From Methanothermococcus sp. Ax23 (GTDB lineage: Archaea > AGJL01 > Methanococci > Methanococcales > Methanococcaceae), in the NCBI RefSeq assembly GCF_049075655.1, contig NZ_CP157522.1, forward strand, positions 1,440,001 to 1,504,000: DNA of 64,000 nucleotides, given 5' to 3'. A model generated the notes under the pieces. It did not search any database. It was not told where the DNA came from and worked only from the letters and a program-made list of their open reading frames with translations. Each line of letters begins with the position of its first letter. The stretch's first letter is position 1. Below, piece by piece: positions 55,140 to 64,000 of the stretch. Both the position numbers and the translations under genes were made by a program.

Positions 55140-55472
55140 ATGAACGAAATTATCTCTTTAATATCCTTGTCGGTAATTTTCGGAAGCATGCTTTCGGGAT
55201 TTGCCACATTTAGGATGACAGGGATGAGGTTAATGCCCCATTTCGTAGTACTCATACTTGCATTTGTATTTACATTGGCCTCCCTGATAATTGATAATAA
55301 TATTGTATTCTATATTGCAATAGCATTACAAATAATTACACCATTCACCATATGTGGAACGATATGCAATATACTAAAAACCCAATTCCAAAATACAGGA
55401 ATTTATTCCGCACATTTAGGATTTATGGGAATTATGCTAGTTCTCGCAATTGGAAACCTATTAATTGGTTAA
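55140..55472 (+). CDS. hypothetical membrane protein
   Basis: 110 aa, about 4 TM segments, AGGTGAT RBS. Confidence 0.75.
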   Translation: MNEIISLISLSVIFGSMLSGFATFRMTGMRLMPHFVVLILAFVFTLASLIIDNNIVFYIAIALQIITPFTICGTICNILKTQFQNTGIYSAHLGFMGIMLVLAIGNLLIG

Positions 55473-55537
55473 ATTCTATTTTTTCTTTTAATTTTAAATT
55501 ATATTACAGATTATATGTTCATTAGTTTTTACGGGAT

Positions 55538-55625
55538 TTAACTACCTCGACTAATCAAAAAACCTGGTTTTACAACTCACAGTAGGCTTCGTTCATTACG
55601 GAGTTTGGCTCCTGCCTAGGGAGTC
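55538..55625 (-). mobile_element. degenerate IS200/IS605 end remnant
   Basis: minus strand TCAT-GACTCCCTAGGCAGGAGCCAA resembles the LE at 17762 (TCAC-GACTCCTTCGGCAGGAAGCCAA); GAAGCCTAC...TTAGTCGAGGTAGTT resembles an RE. Confidence 0.5.
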
Positions 55626-55682
55626 ATGAAGTAAAAGTTATATATTTTCAAAAGATAATATCTTTTAAAAAAAGGTAGTAAT

Positions 55683-56243
55683 ATGTTAGAACCAATTGTT
55701 AATTTAGATATTAACTTATTATATTATATAAATAGCATAAATTATCATTTACTAAATATTTTAATGGTTTTTATAACCAATACAACCTATTTGTTCATTC
55801 TTTTAGTAATGGCACTTTTATTCTTCAAAAACAGGGAAGTATTTTTAAATATATTCATCGTTATGGCATTAATTGCCATTACTGCCTATGCCTTAAAATA
55901 TGGTATAAATGAACCAAGACCTTATTTTGTATTAGATAATCTTCATGTGCTTGTGCCTATGGAAAACGAACCATCATTTCCAAGCGGACATACAACATTT
56001 GCATTTGGATTATGGTGTGCTATAACACTAAATTTAAAGAAAATGAATATTAAAAAAGAATTAAATATGACCGTTCCACTTGTTTTGTTAATATGGGCAT
56101 TTCTTGTAGCTTTCAGCAGAGTATATGTCGGAGCTCACTATCCACACGATGTTATTGGGGGAATGATATTGGGTGTTGTAGGAGCTCTCATATATACTAA
56201 AATTATTCCCGATAAAATCTTAAAAAATACTGTATTTTCCTAA
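55683..56243 (+). CDS. PAP2-family phosphatase (undecaprenyl/dolichyl pyrophosphatase-like)
   Basis: KYGINEPRP, SFPSGH, SRVYVGAHYPHD. Confidence 0.92.
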   Translation: MLEPIVNLDINLLYYINSINYHLLNILMVFITNTTYLFILLVMALLFFKNREVFLNIFIVMALIAITAYALKYGINEPRPYFVLDNLHVLVPMENEPSFPSGHTTFAFGLWCAITLNLKKMNIKKELNMTVPLVLLIWAFLVAFSRVYVGAHYPHDVIGGMILGVVGALIYTKIIPDKILKNTVFS

Positions 56244-57122
56244 ATGCTTTATATATGAAACGTGATTTTTCAGAGCCCCCATGAGCTCATCTTCATCTTT
56301 TGGAGTTTCATAATCTATATAAAATATATAATTTCCAAGCTTTCTTTTTGAAGGTCTCGATTCTATTCTGGTTAAATTAATGCCGCGGTTATTAAACTCT
56401 TTTAAAACATCGTATAAAGCACCAGGTCTATTTTCTTTTAATTCAAGTATTATTGTGGATTTTTGTTTAAGTTTATTATCGGCATGATTCTGATTATTAT
56501 GATTATAATCATTGTTGGTTTCCTTATTTTCATTGGATTTAAGTTCGTTTATTTTTAATATGTTATCCAAAGATTTTGAATTCTCATTTCCAATTAAAAT
56601 AAATCGTGTGGTGTTATTTGGATAATCCTGAATATCTTCATCAAGCACTTTTAAATTATACAATTCAGCAGTTTCTTTTGAAGCTATTGCCCCAAATTCT
56701 TCGTTTTTCATTTCAAATACTTTTTTAACAGCTTTCGCAGTGCTTAAAACTGGTATTGTCTCCCATCCGTGTTTTTTTATATATTTCCTACACTGTGCCA
56801 ATGCCTGTGGATGGGATAATATTTTTTTTATTTTATTTTTATCATATCCAATTAAACAGTGGTTTATATTAATATCCACTTCTCCATATATTTTAACTGG
56901 AAACTCCAACAGTAAATCCTGTGTTAAGGACACCGAACCTTCTATGGAATTTTCAGAAGGAACCACGCCGTAAATATTATTATCTTCCTTTTCCATATCC
57001 ACGAGCTCGAAAACTTCATATATGGAATTGCAGTAAATAATATCTTTATCATTTATTAGTTTTGAAAATATTTCAGCCGCTTTTCCCGTATAACTTCCCG
57101 CAGGTCCCAAACAATAAATCAT
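56220..57122 (-). CDS. pheA: prephenate dehydratase
   Basis: LGPAGSY, ENSIEG, SHPQALAQC, NTTRF, LTRIESRP. Confidence 0.95.
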   Translation of the reverse strand: MIYCLGPAGSYTGKAAEIFSKLINDKDIIYCNSIYEVFELVDMEKEDNNIYGVVPSENSIEGSVSLTQDLLLEFPVKIYGEVDININHCLIGYDKNKIKKILSHPQALAQCRKYIKKHGWETIPVLSTAKAVKKVFEMKNEEFGAIASKETAELYNLKVLDEDIQDYPNNTTRFILIGNENSKSLDNILKINELKSNENKETNNDYNHNNQNHADNKLKQKSTIILELKENRPGALYDVLKEFNNRGINLTRIESRPSKRKLGNYIFYIDYETPKDEDELMGALKNHVSYIKHLGKYSIF

Positions 57123-57204
57123 ATATTCACCATATTTCTTTTTTGTTTCTTTCTTTTAAATCCTTTTTTCTATTATTTTTCTATACTTTTTATCTTTTTC
57201 ATTT

Positions 57205-57924
57205 TTATTTTTCCTTTTTCAGAACGACATATAAAAATTGACCTTTTCTTTTAAATATTCTGCCTAATTTACTGTCCAATCCATTGTAAAATACATTTGA
57301 GATTTTTTCTAAAATCACCGTTGGAAATACTTTTAAAATGGGCGGAATGAAATAAAAAGTTTTGTAATCTTTTAAATAAAATCCCTCAGTATTGAAATCT
57401 TTTAAACATAATGGTTTATGATATATTGTGAAATCATTAAAAATTTCCTCATTTATAAAACTTTCACTATTCACAACAACAAATATTGCGATTCCATCAT
57501 TTTTTAAAACCCTTTTTATCTCATTTAGTGCATTTTTGTAATCTATTATATGCTCTAAAACATTTATACACAAAACTAAATCAAAAGAACCATTTTTAAA
57601 AGGAAGATTTGAAACATCTCCGCAGATTTTGTTTGTTTTTAAATTATGGATATTCTCAAATTTTTTTAATAAATTAAATGAAAAATCAAGATAAAGGGTA
57701 TTCAGATTTTTTGTTAAATTATAAAAGGAACCAAATCCACATCCGCAATCTAATATTACAGCATTTTTTTTCTTTTTAATATTGTTAAAATCCTCTAAAT
57801 TGGTTATTATATCTACAATTAGTTTTTCCTCCAATTCCATCAATATTTTAATATACTTTGGAAGGTTTTCCACCTCCCAATTTTCATAAAAATCTTTTAT
57901 TTTTTTATCCGCCCCATTATTCAT
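57205..57924 (-). CDS. class I SAM-dependent methyltransferase
   Basis: ILDCGCGFG, LPFKNGSFD, VLEHI. Confidence 0.88.
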   Translation of the reverse strand: MNNGADKKIKDFYENWEVENLPKYIKILMELEEKLIVDIITNLEDFNNIKKKKNAVILDCGCGFGSFYNLTKNLNTLYLDFSFNLLKKFENIHNLKTNKICGDVSNLPFKNGSFDLVLCINVLEHIIDYKNALNEIKRVLKNDGIAIFVVVNSESFINEEIFNDFTIYHKPLCLKDFNTEGFYLKDYKTFYFIPPILKVFPTVILEKISNVFYNGLDSKLGRIFKRKGQFLYVVLKKEK

Positions 57925-58210
57925 AAATCTCACAATTTAAGCTATAAACAATAGTATCCTCTGGAAAGAGATTCTTAATTTTTTCTTTAATTTCATCGAG
58001 CTCAGCACTACTTAACATCTCATCGATTTCTTTATCAAGTGTAAATCCACATCTGTAATAGTATGTATCTCCAACTACTGCCCCAATTTCTGGAAACTCC
58101 AATGACCTTGTGATAATATCTTCTCCAACTATTTCTATGATTCCCTTTAATATGTTTTCAAAATCTATTATTTCTTTATTGTAAAATACTCCATCAATCA
58201 TAATCTTCAT
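57917..58210 (-). CDS. hypothetical acidic protein
   Basis: ATG 58210 after GGTGA; the longer ORF-track start lies inside the IS end. Confidence 0.7.
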   Translation of the reverse strand: MKIMIDGVFYNKEIIDFENILKGIIEIVGEDIITRSLEFPEIGAVVGDTYYYRCGFTLDKEIDEMLSSAELDEIKEKIKNLFPEDTIVYSLNCEIYE

Positions 58211-58245
58211 TTTTTCACCGAATTTATGTTTGTATTTTCTTTTCT

Positions 58246-59712
58246 CTGACCTACTCCCACGACTAAAGTCGTGGGGTTCTTTAGTAGGGTCTAACCCTAC
58301 ATGGGTGGCCAAACCCACTACCCCTATCTCCGTTTAGGAGATTCAGGGCTACGCTACATGAAAATACTTTTTTCAAAATATTCAAAGCACCATTAACATC
58401 AGCATTCAAAACCATACCACACTCACTACAAACATACAAACCCCTATACTTTCTATTGCTCTTTTTAACTACACCACAATTACTGCAAGTTTGAGAAGTA
58501 TAAGCTTCATTAACCTGTTCTACTGTTAATCCCTTTTCCTCTGCTTTATACTGTATCATACTTACTAACCTACCAAAAGGTATCTTGTGTATTTTCTCGT
58601 TGTTCTTTCTACCAATATCAATACTTGAAATGCCCTTGTTTAACTCACCGATTACAATCCTTGAAACTTTGTTATCCACTGCAAACTCAACAATCATTTT
58701 ACTAACCTTATGCAAATAATCCTTAGTATAATTCTTTTCTCTTACTGTTAAGCAGGATAATCGCTTATTATTCTTTAACTGTTTCCGTGTTAGTTTGGAC
58801 TGTAGTTCCCCCTTAGTTTTAGCAAACCATCGGAATTTAGAAATTAGTCTCCTTCCATCGTAGATTACTGCACTGCCCGTATTGGTTACTACTGTTGCTA
58901 AATTCTTAATTCCTAAATCAATACTTAATATATTACCTTCTTTGATAGGTTCTTGAATTACTGGTTTCTTATAGATTAAGTGAAGTATGTAGTAGGTTAT
59001 CCCGTAGATAGTCTGCGGAACTATCTCAACTTCTTTAACTTGCATGGTATCAAGCGGTAGAGTTTTCGATAACCCTACCCATAGATACCTGCACTTGATA
59101 CCATGCTTCTCTTTGAGATAGTTTTTAGTTTGTTTAGATAAGGATAATCTTAACTTATTGCCTATGATTTTGAAACCTTGCTTCTTCCATTTTACGGGAA
59201 AGTGTCCATCTTTTGGTTGGTATCGTGGTCTTTTAGTGTGTTGTTTGAAGTAGTTTTGCCATGCTATCGCTTGCGTAGCAAGCGAGCAACGAAAACCGAA
59301 GGTTTTCGTCTAATTGAGAGTTTTTGACATACTGCCTGTGCTGACTGTGAGTGCAGGTTTTTAAACCAGAAGTTATTCTTCATTTGAACATCTATCTTAC
59401 TAGGTTTAATGTTTCGTTGTATTACTTCGTAGTTAGATACATTCCAGAGTTTTGATGCTGAATAGGTTAAATGGTTTATGATTGTTAATTGTTCATTATT
59501 TAAACTTCTGGTTAGGTTTATTGTCAGCACTCTGGTTACTTGCATGGAATTCACCAAATTTATATATATGCTATTATTCTAATTACACTCATATATTATG
59601 TAGTGGAGTATATAAAAAAATGATGTCCGCCTATCATCCAATCTCATAAGAGATTTTACAAAACCTTGTTTTGTATAACGATTAAAATCGTTGGCTTTCT
59701 CGGCGGTTTATC
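58246..59712 (-). mobile_element. IS200/IS605-family element, tnpB only (IS1341-like)
   Basis: TTAC target 5' of LE (GTAA at 59713-59716); RE hairpin CCCACGACT-TT-AGTCGTGGG ending TCAG; no tnpA. Confidence 0.93.
58281..59545 (-). pseudogene. tnpB: TnpB RNA-guided nuclease, frameshifted by a 47-nt insertion
   Basis: SIDLGIKN, IGEL, CSNC..CSEC, NADVNGALNI; deleting 59266-59312 joins the two ORF pieces into about 405 aa. Confidence 0.92.
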
Positions 59713-59795
59713 GTAAAATATTTATTAAAATACATTAAAAAATATAAAAATGAATATTAAAATAAAATATTAAGGAATAATTAAATTAATTAAAA

Positions 59796-60770
59796 TCAGC
59801 ACCCGCAAATATATTCCCTATCAAAATCAAATAAAACTTCCTTATCTTTTCCATCGGTTATTATCAATTGCTTATTTTCTATAACCTCACCACACACTTC
59901 GGCAGTTATATTTACAAATTCTAAAACTTCTTTTAACCTATCAATTTTATCCTCTGGTGCAGTGAATACAAACCCGCATCCAGGATATAGTTTTAACCAC
60001 TGAATCATTGGAACACTTTCATTTCTTGGAATTTTTGTAATATCAACATGAGCTCCTTTTTTCGAAACCTCCAAAAGCATACCCAATGTTCCCAGAGCTC
60101 CGGGGTTGCTTATATCTTTACAGGCAGTGGCAAGTTTTTCCTCACCAACTATTTCAAGGGCTTTTAACTGGTCTCTAACAAGTTTTTTTGATTTCATTGT
60201 TGTAGTGTCCCAATTCAAATTAAATTTTTCATGTATTTTTCCATCCAAATCATAGGCAAAAACTATTTTATCTCCAATTTGTGCAGTGTCGCTTCTTAAT
60301 ACATTATCCTTTTTAACCACTCCTGTGATTGAAACATCGAGAACATTGCAGGTAGCATCTGGATGTGTATGTCCCCCAACCATGGGAATTCCAAATTTTT
60401 CTACGCCGTCTTTTATGCCTCTTAAAACCTCTCTTCCAATATCGCAATCTTTTATTCCTATTATATTTGTCATGGCTATGGATTTACCACCCATTGCTGC
60501 TATGTCATTTGCATTTACTAAAACAGAGCAGTATCCTGCCCACCATGGGTCAGATTCCAATAGCTTTCCCCAAATACCATCTGCGGCCAATAATATGGCG
60601 TTTTCACCATCTATACCAATTATTGCAGCATCATCTCCAAAGTCGGAAATAATATTAAAATAATAATCGTTATCTTCAAATTTAAAATTGGATATGACAT
60701 TTTTTATTTCTTTTTTTCTTAAAACTCCTTCGAAATTTTTTAATTCATTTACTATCTCTTTTAAATTCAT
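59796..60770 (-). CDS. methanogenesis marker protein 2 (AIR synthase-like)
   Basis: GDDAAII, DPWWAGYCSVLVNANDIAAMGG, GGHTHPD, KDISNPG. Confidence 0.88.
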   Translation of the reverse strand: MNLKEIVNELKNFEGVLRKKEIKNVISNFKFEDNDYYFNIISDFGDDAAIIGIDGENAILLAADGIWGKLLESDPWWAGYCSVLVNANDIAAMGGKSIAMTNIIGIKDCDIGREVLRGIKDGVEKFGIPMVGGHTHPDATCNVLDVSITGVVKKDNVLRSDTAQIGDKIVFAYDLDGKIHEKFNLNWDTTTMKSKKLVRDQLKALEIVGEEKLATACKDISNPGALGTLGMLLEVSKKGAHVDITKIPRNESVPMIQWLKLYPGCGFVFTAPEDKIDRLKEVLEFVNITAEVCGEVIENKQLIITDGKDKEVLFDFDREYICGC

Positions 60771-60948
60771 AAAATCCCCTATTTTATTTTAAATTATAAA
60801 AATGTTAATATATTATATAAAAATTTAATTATTAATTTAATTAAGTTTAATTATTAATCATTTCGTATTATATATGTTGAATAAAATAATATAAAATAAT
60901 ATAAATTAGCTATTGAATATTTATATCTTATTATTTTTTTATTTTGAA

Positions 60949-62193
60949 TTACTTTTTATATTTTTGATAAGATTCCTTTAAAAGTTCAATAACTGGAAGT
61001 TTTTTTCCAGCTAAAAACTCTATGCAGGCTCCACCCCCGGTGCTTATGTGGTCCAACTTATCTGAAACTCCCACAACACCTGCGGCAGCTGATAAATGAC
61101 CTCCGCCTATGACAGTAAATGCCTCCGACTTTGCCATGCTGTTTAAAAGCTCTTCTGTTCCTTTCAAGAAGTTTTTATTCTCAAAAACACCTGCTGGACC
61201 ATTTGCAACTATTGTTTTTGCATTGGATATAATTTCATCATATAATTTTATGGTTTCGCTTCCTATATCATGTATTGGATGAGTAATTTCTTCATTAAGG
61301 TTTAATTTTACTTCTTCTCTGTTTCCATTAACATTCAATGCTGCATCTATTGGCATCACTATCTTATCGCCGTGTTTATCCAACAATTCCCTTGCAATTT
61401 CTATCTGATTCAAATAACCCATATCTTCTATTACTTTTTTATTAGGTCCTATGTTGTAGCCCTTGGCAACTAAAAAGACATTTGCTACAATTCCTGTGAT
61501 TAATACCTTATCAGCGGAATTATTATTTAAAACATTTTTAATAACATCGATACTATCGTCAGCTTTTGCTCCGCCCAATACAAAAATAGATGGTCTTTCA
61601 GGGTTTTGTATAACCTTGCTAAGTATTTTTATCTCTTTTTCCATAATTCTTCCAGCAATTGCAGGCATGTAATAAGCAAGACCTACCAACGATGGCTGAG
61701 CTCGGTGTGCCGCAGCAAATGCATCATTTATAAAATAGTCAAATAGTGAGTAAATTCTTTTTAACATTATGGTTTTTGCCTGTTTTTTTGGAGTAATGTC
61801 TTCCCATTTTTTCCAGTCCTTCAATACTTCCTCAGAATAAAATCTAACATTTTCAAGTAATAGTATATCTCCATTATCCATCCTCTTTATCGAATTTATC
61901 GCATGGGAGCCAAACATATCATCAATATATTCAACTTCCTTTCCCAATACCTCAGATAATTTTACAGCGTGAGACTGTAATGTTGTGAAGTCCTTTTTTC
62001 CAGGTCTGCTCTGGTGTGCCAATATTACTACCTTGGCTCCTTTATTGGAGAGCTCCTTTATTGTATCGACACATGCCTTAATCCTCGTATCATCCAATAT
62101 GATTTCACTATTTACATCTATTGGACTGTTTATATCTACTCTCAATGCAACAGTTTTTCCATTAAAATCAAAATCATCTATGGTCAATAACAT
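60949..62193 (-). CDS. pgk: phosphoglycerate kinase
   Basis: [38 protein letters not shown]. Confidence 0.97.
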   Translation of the reverse strand: MLLTIDDFDFNGKTVALRVDINSPIDVNSEIILDDTRIKACVDTIKELSNKGAKVVILAHQSRPGKKDFTTLQSHAVKLSEVLGKEVEYIDDMFGSHAINSIKRMDNGDILLLENVRFYSEEVLKDWKKWEDITPKKQAKTIMLKRIYSLFDYFINDAFAAAHRAQPSLVGLAYYMPAIAGRIMEKEIKILSKVIQNPERPSIFVLGGAKADDSIDVIKNVLNNNSADKVLITGIVANVFLVAKGYNIGPNKKVIEDMGYLNQIEIARELLDKHGDKIVMPIDAALNVNGNREEVKLNLNEEITHPIHDIGSETIKLYDEIISNAKTIVANGPAGVFENKNFLKGTEELLNSMAKSEAFTVIGGGHLSAAAGVVGVSDKLDHISTGGGACIEFLAGKKLPVIELLKESYQKYKK

Positions 62194-62466
62194 TATATCC
62201 CTCCAATGCTAAAATAATAACACCTGATAACATAAGTTTAGAACATATTTATAATTTGTAGAATTTATCATGATTTTTATATTTTATGTATTTATAATTT
62301 ACACATAAATAATTATCACACACCACATATTGATAAAGCACCTGAAAGCCTTTTTGGATTAAATGAATTTTAAAATGTATATGCTAATTATAATCATGAA
62401 ACAAAATTTAAACTTTTTCTAATTTAATTTTATTATTTTTATTATGTTATAATACATGGTGATATT

Positions 62467-62892
62467 ATGAAAGGAGAATTTTTAGCCTTAATTGTGGCTA
62501 CACTATGGGGAATTACGCCCCTAATCGAGAAAAAGGCACTTGATTACATTGACCCATTAACAGCTGTTTTTATTATAATATGTATGAATTTTTTAATAAT
62601 ATCCTCAGTTTTCATCATGTTTGGCAAAATTAATATAGCTGATTTATCATCCATTCCAATAAAACCCATTATTTATTTGGCAATGGTTTCAATACTTGCT
62701 GGCGTTGCTGCACAATATCTATTTTATAGAGCTCTTGAAGCATCATCCCCTTCAAAAGTTGTAATAATTACAAGCATGTACCCATTAATTACCATACTTG
62801 CTACAAGCATAATTTCAAAGGAATTTCCATCCATTAAAATGGTATGTGGTGCTTTTTTAGTATTTATGGGCATTTTCCTGGTCATGGATTAA
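62467..62892 (+). CDS. EamA/DMT-family transporter
   Basis: ATLWGITP...K, YRAL...SKVV...YPL; about 5 TM. Confidence 0.85.
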   Translation: MKGEFLALIVATLWGITPLIEKKALDYIDPLTAVFIIICMNFLIISSVFIMFGKINIADLSSIPIKPIIYLAMVSILAGVAAQYLFYRALEASSPSKVVIITSMYPLITILATSIISKEFPSIKMVCGAFLVFMGIFLVMD

Positions 62893-63094
62893 ATTATCTG
62901 TATAATATTACATTATATTATCAATACATAATTTATATAAATATATAAAAATAAAATAATAATGATATAAATATCATAAAACATATGTAATATTAGGGAA
63001 AAATATTAATATTGATATAATTATAAGTTTATAAATAATCATTTTATAATATTATATAATTTATTATCAATATTACGGCATAGGAGGATGGCAT

Positions 63095-63586
63095 ATGTTA
63101 AAAAAAATAAAAAAAGCTATTTTTGGAAATGACGAACCCCCTGTCCAGGTTCCTGTTCAGGACGATGAATATATAGTAATTGGTGAGGAACCTTCAGCTT
63201 ATGAGATAAAAGAAAATAAAGAAATTCCGCTCCCAGAACCTAAGCCTGAGCCTAAAATAGAAGTGGAAAAATCAGAAGAAAAAATTGATGTTAAAAAACC
63301 AGAACCTGAGGTAAAAATAATTACCAAAAAAATCATGCCCAAAATACTAACAACTAGGATAAAATCCCCTGAGGATTTTAAAAACCTAAAAACGATTATA
63401 GAGCACGATATAATTATAATAAATCTTGAAGATGTGCCAGTTGAAGCTATTGAAAAAGAATTCTTAGATTTTAAGAAATACTTGGAAACATTGAATTACA
63501 ACCTTGGAAAAGTTGATGACAACGTAATTCTTGCAATTAAATCTGGAATAAATATTGACAAATATACTTCGAATGTAGCTGAATAA
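63095..63586 (+). CDS. SepF-like protein
   Basis: amphipathic N-terminus, Pro/Glu-rich linker, C-terminal alpha/beta domain resembling archaeal SepF. Confidence 0.55.
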   Translation: MLKKIKKAIFGNDEPPVQVPVQDDEYIVIGEEPSAYEIKENKEIPLPEPKPEPKIEVEKSEEKIDVKKPEPEVKIITKKIMPKILTTRIKSPEDFKNLKTIIEHDIIIINLEDVPVEAIEKEFLDFKKYLETLNYNLGKVDDNVILAIKSGINIDKYTSNVAE

Positions 63587-64000
63587 TTGGTGGTAAAAAT
63601 TAAAATAGCAATAACTGGAACTCCCGGAGTTGGAAAATCCACGGCATCTAAACTATTGGTCAAAAAATTGAATGAATCAGATGATGCTGAAAGATTATGG
63701 GGACGTCAAAATTTTGAATATATAAATATAACTGATGCTGTAAAAGAAAACAAATTATACAGCGAAAAAGATGAAGAAATGGATTCCTATGTGGTGGATT
63801 TCCAAAAACTTAACGATTACATAGATAACATAATTAAATCTAAATCCAAAAATCTCATAGTTGATGGACATATAAGTCATTTGCTCGATGTGAATTATAT
63901 TGTAGTATTAAGATGCAATCCTGAGATAATATTAAAGAGATTAGAAGAGCGAAATTATCATAAAAACAAAATTAAGGAAAATGTGGAAGCTGAAATATTG
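63587..64000 (+). CDS. AK6/Fap7-type adenylate kinase (truncated by the window end)
   Basis: KIAITGTPGVGKST, VDGHISH, VLRCNP, KIKENVEAEIL. Confidence 0.9.
   Translation, partial: MVVKIKIAITGTPGVGKSTASKLLVKKLNESDDAERLWGRQNFEYINITDAVKENKLYSEKDEEMDSYVVDFQKLNDYIDNIIKSKSKNLIVDGHISHLLDVNYIVVLRCNPEIILKRLEERNYHKNKIKENVEAEIL

Noticed and set aside
58211-58318. N-terminal extension of the 133-aa ORF
   Set aside because: Derived from the IS right end; the real start is ATG 58210 after GGTGA.
58355-59047. Long-range stem joining mid-tnpB to its 3' end (CATGCAAGT/ATTTTCATG)
   Set aside because: The same bases form a better, perfect local 13-bp stem; the long-range pairing is short and mismatched.

Overview
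AT-rich (roughly 30% GC) chromosomal segment of a methanogenic archaeon, most consistent with Methanococcales (methanogen-type SerRS, AksF, methanogenesis marker protein 2, PurO, GGTGA-type RBSs). It is mostly housekeeping: Hef, archease-rtcA-trm4, thiL, mre11-rad50, RPA, SppA, pdxT, modABC, bioWF/D, cobN with a frameshifted chlI/D, queC, purO, pheA, pgk. No rRNA, tRNA or CRISPR array was seen. Non-housekeeping signals: (1) a tnpA-less IS200/IS605 element whose tnpB is broken by a 47-nt double-hairpin insertion, two non-autonomous IS605-type mini-elements and one remnant; (2) a window-wide family of short modular DNA hairpin insertions, many with cGNAg triloops, found in IS ends, in genes and between local duplications, which is my best candidate for an undescribed process; (3) a covarying structured domain in the middle of tnpB that is retained in the mini-element; (4) about 20-fold excess of the palindrome GAGCTC; (5) a KAP NTPase insert with decayed antitoxin-like genes splitting the biotin operon; (6) a C/D box sRNA, a candidate K-turn ncRNA and an archaeosortase/PIP-CTERM cluster. 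All calls come from reading the sequence by eye; no searches were run.
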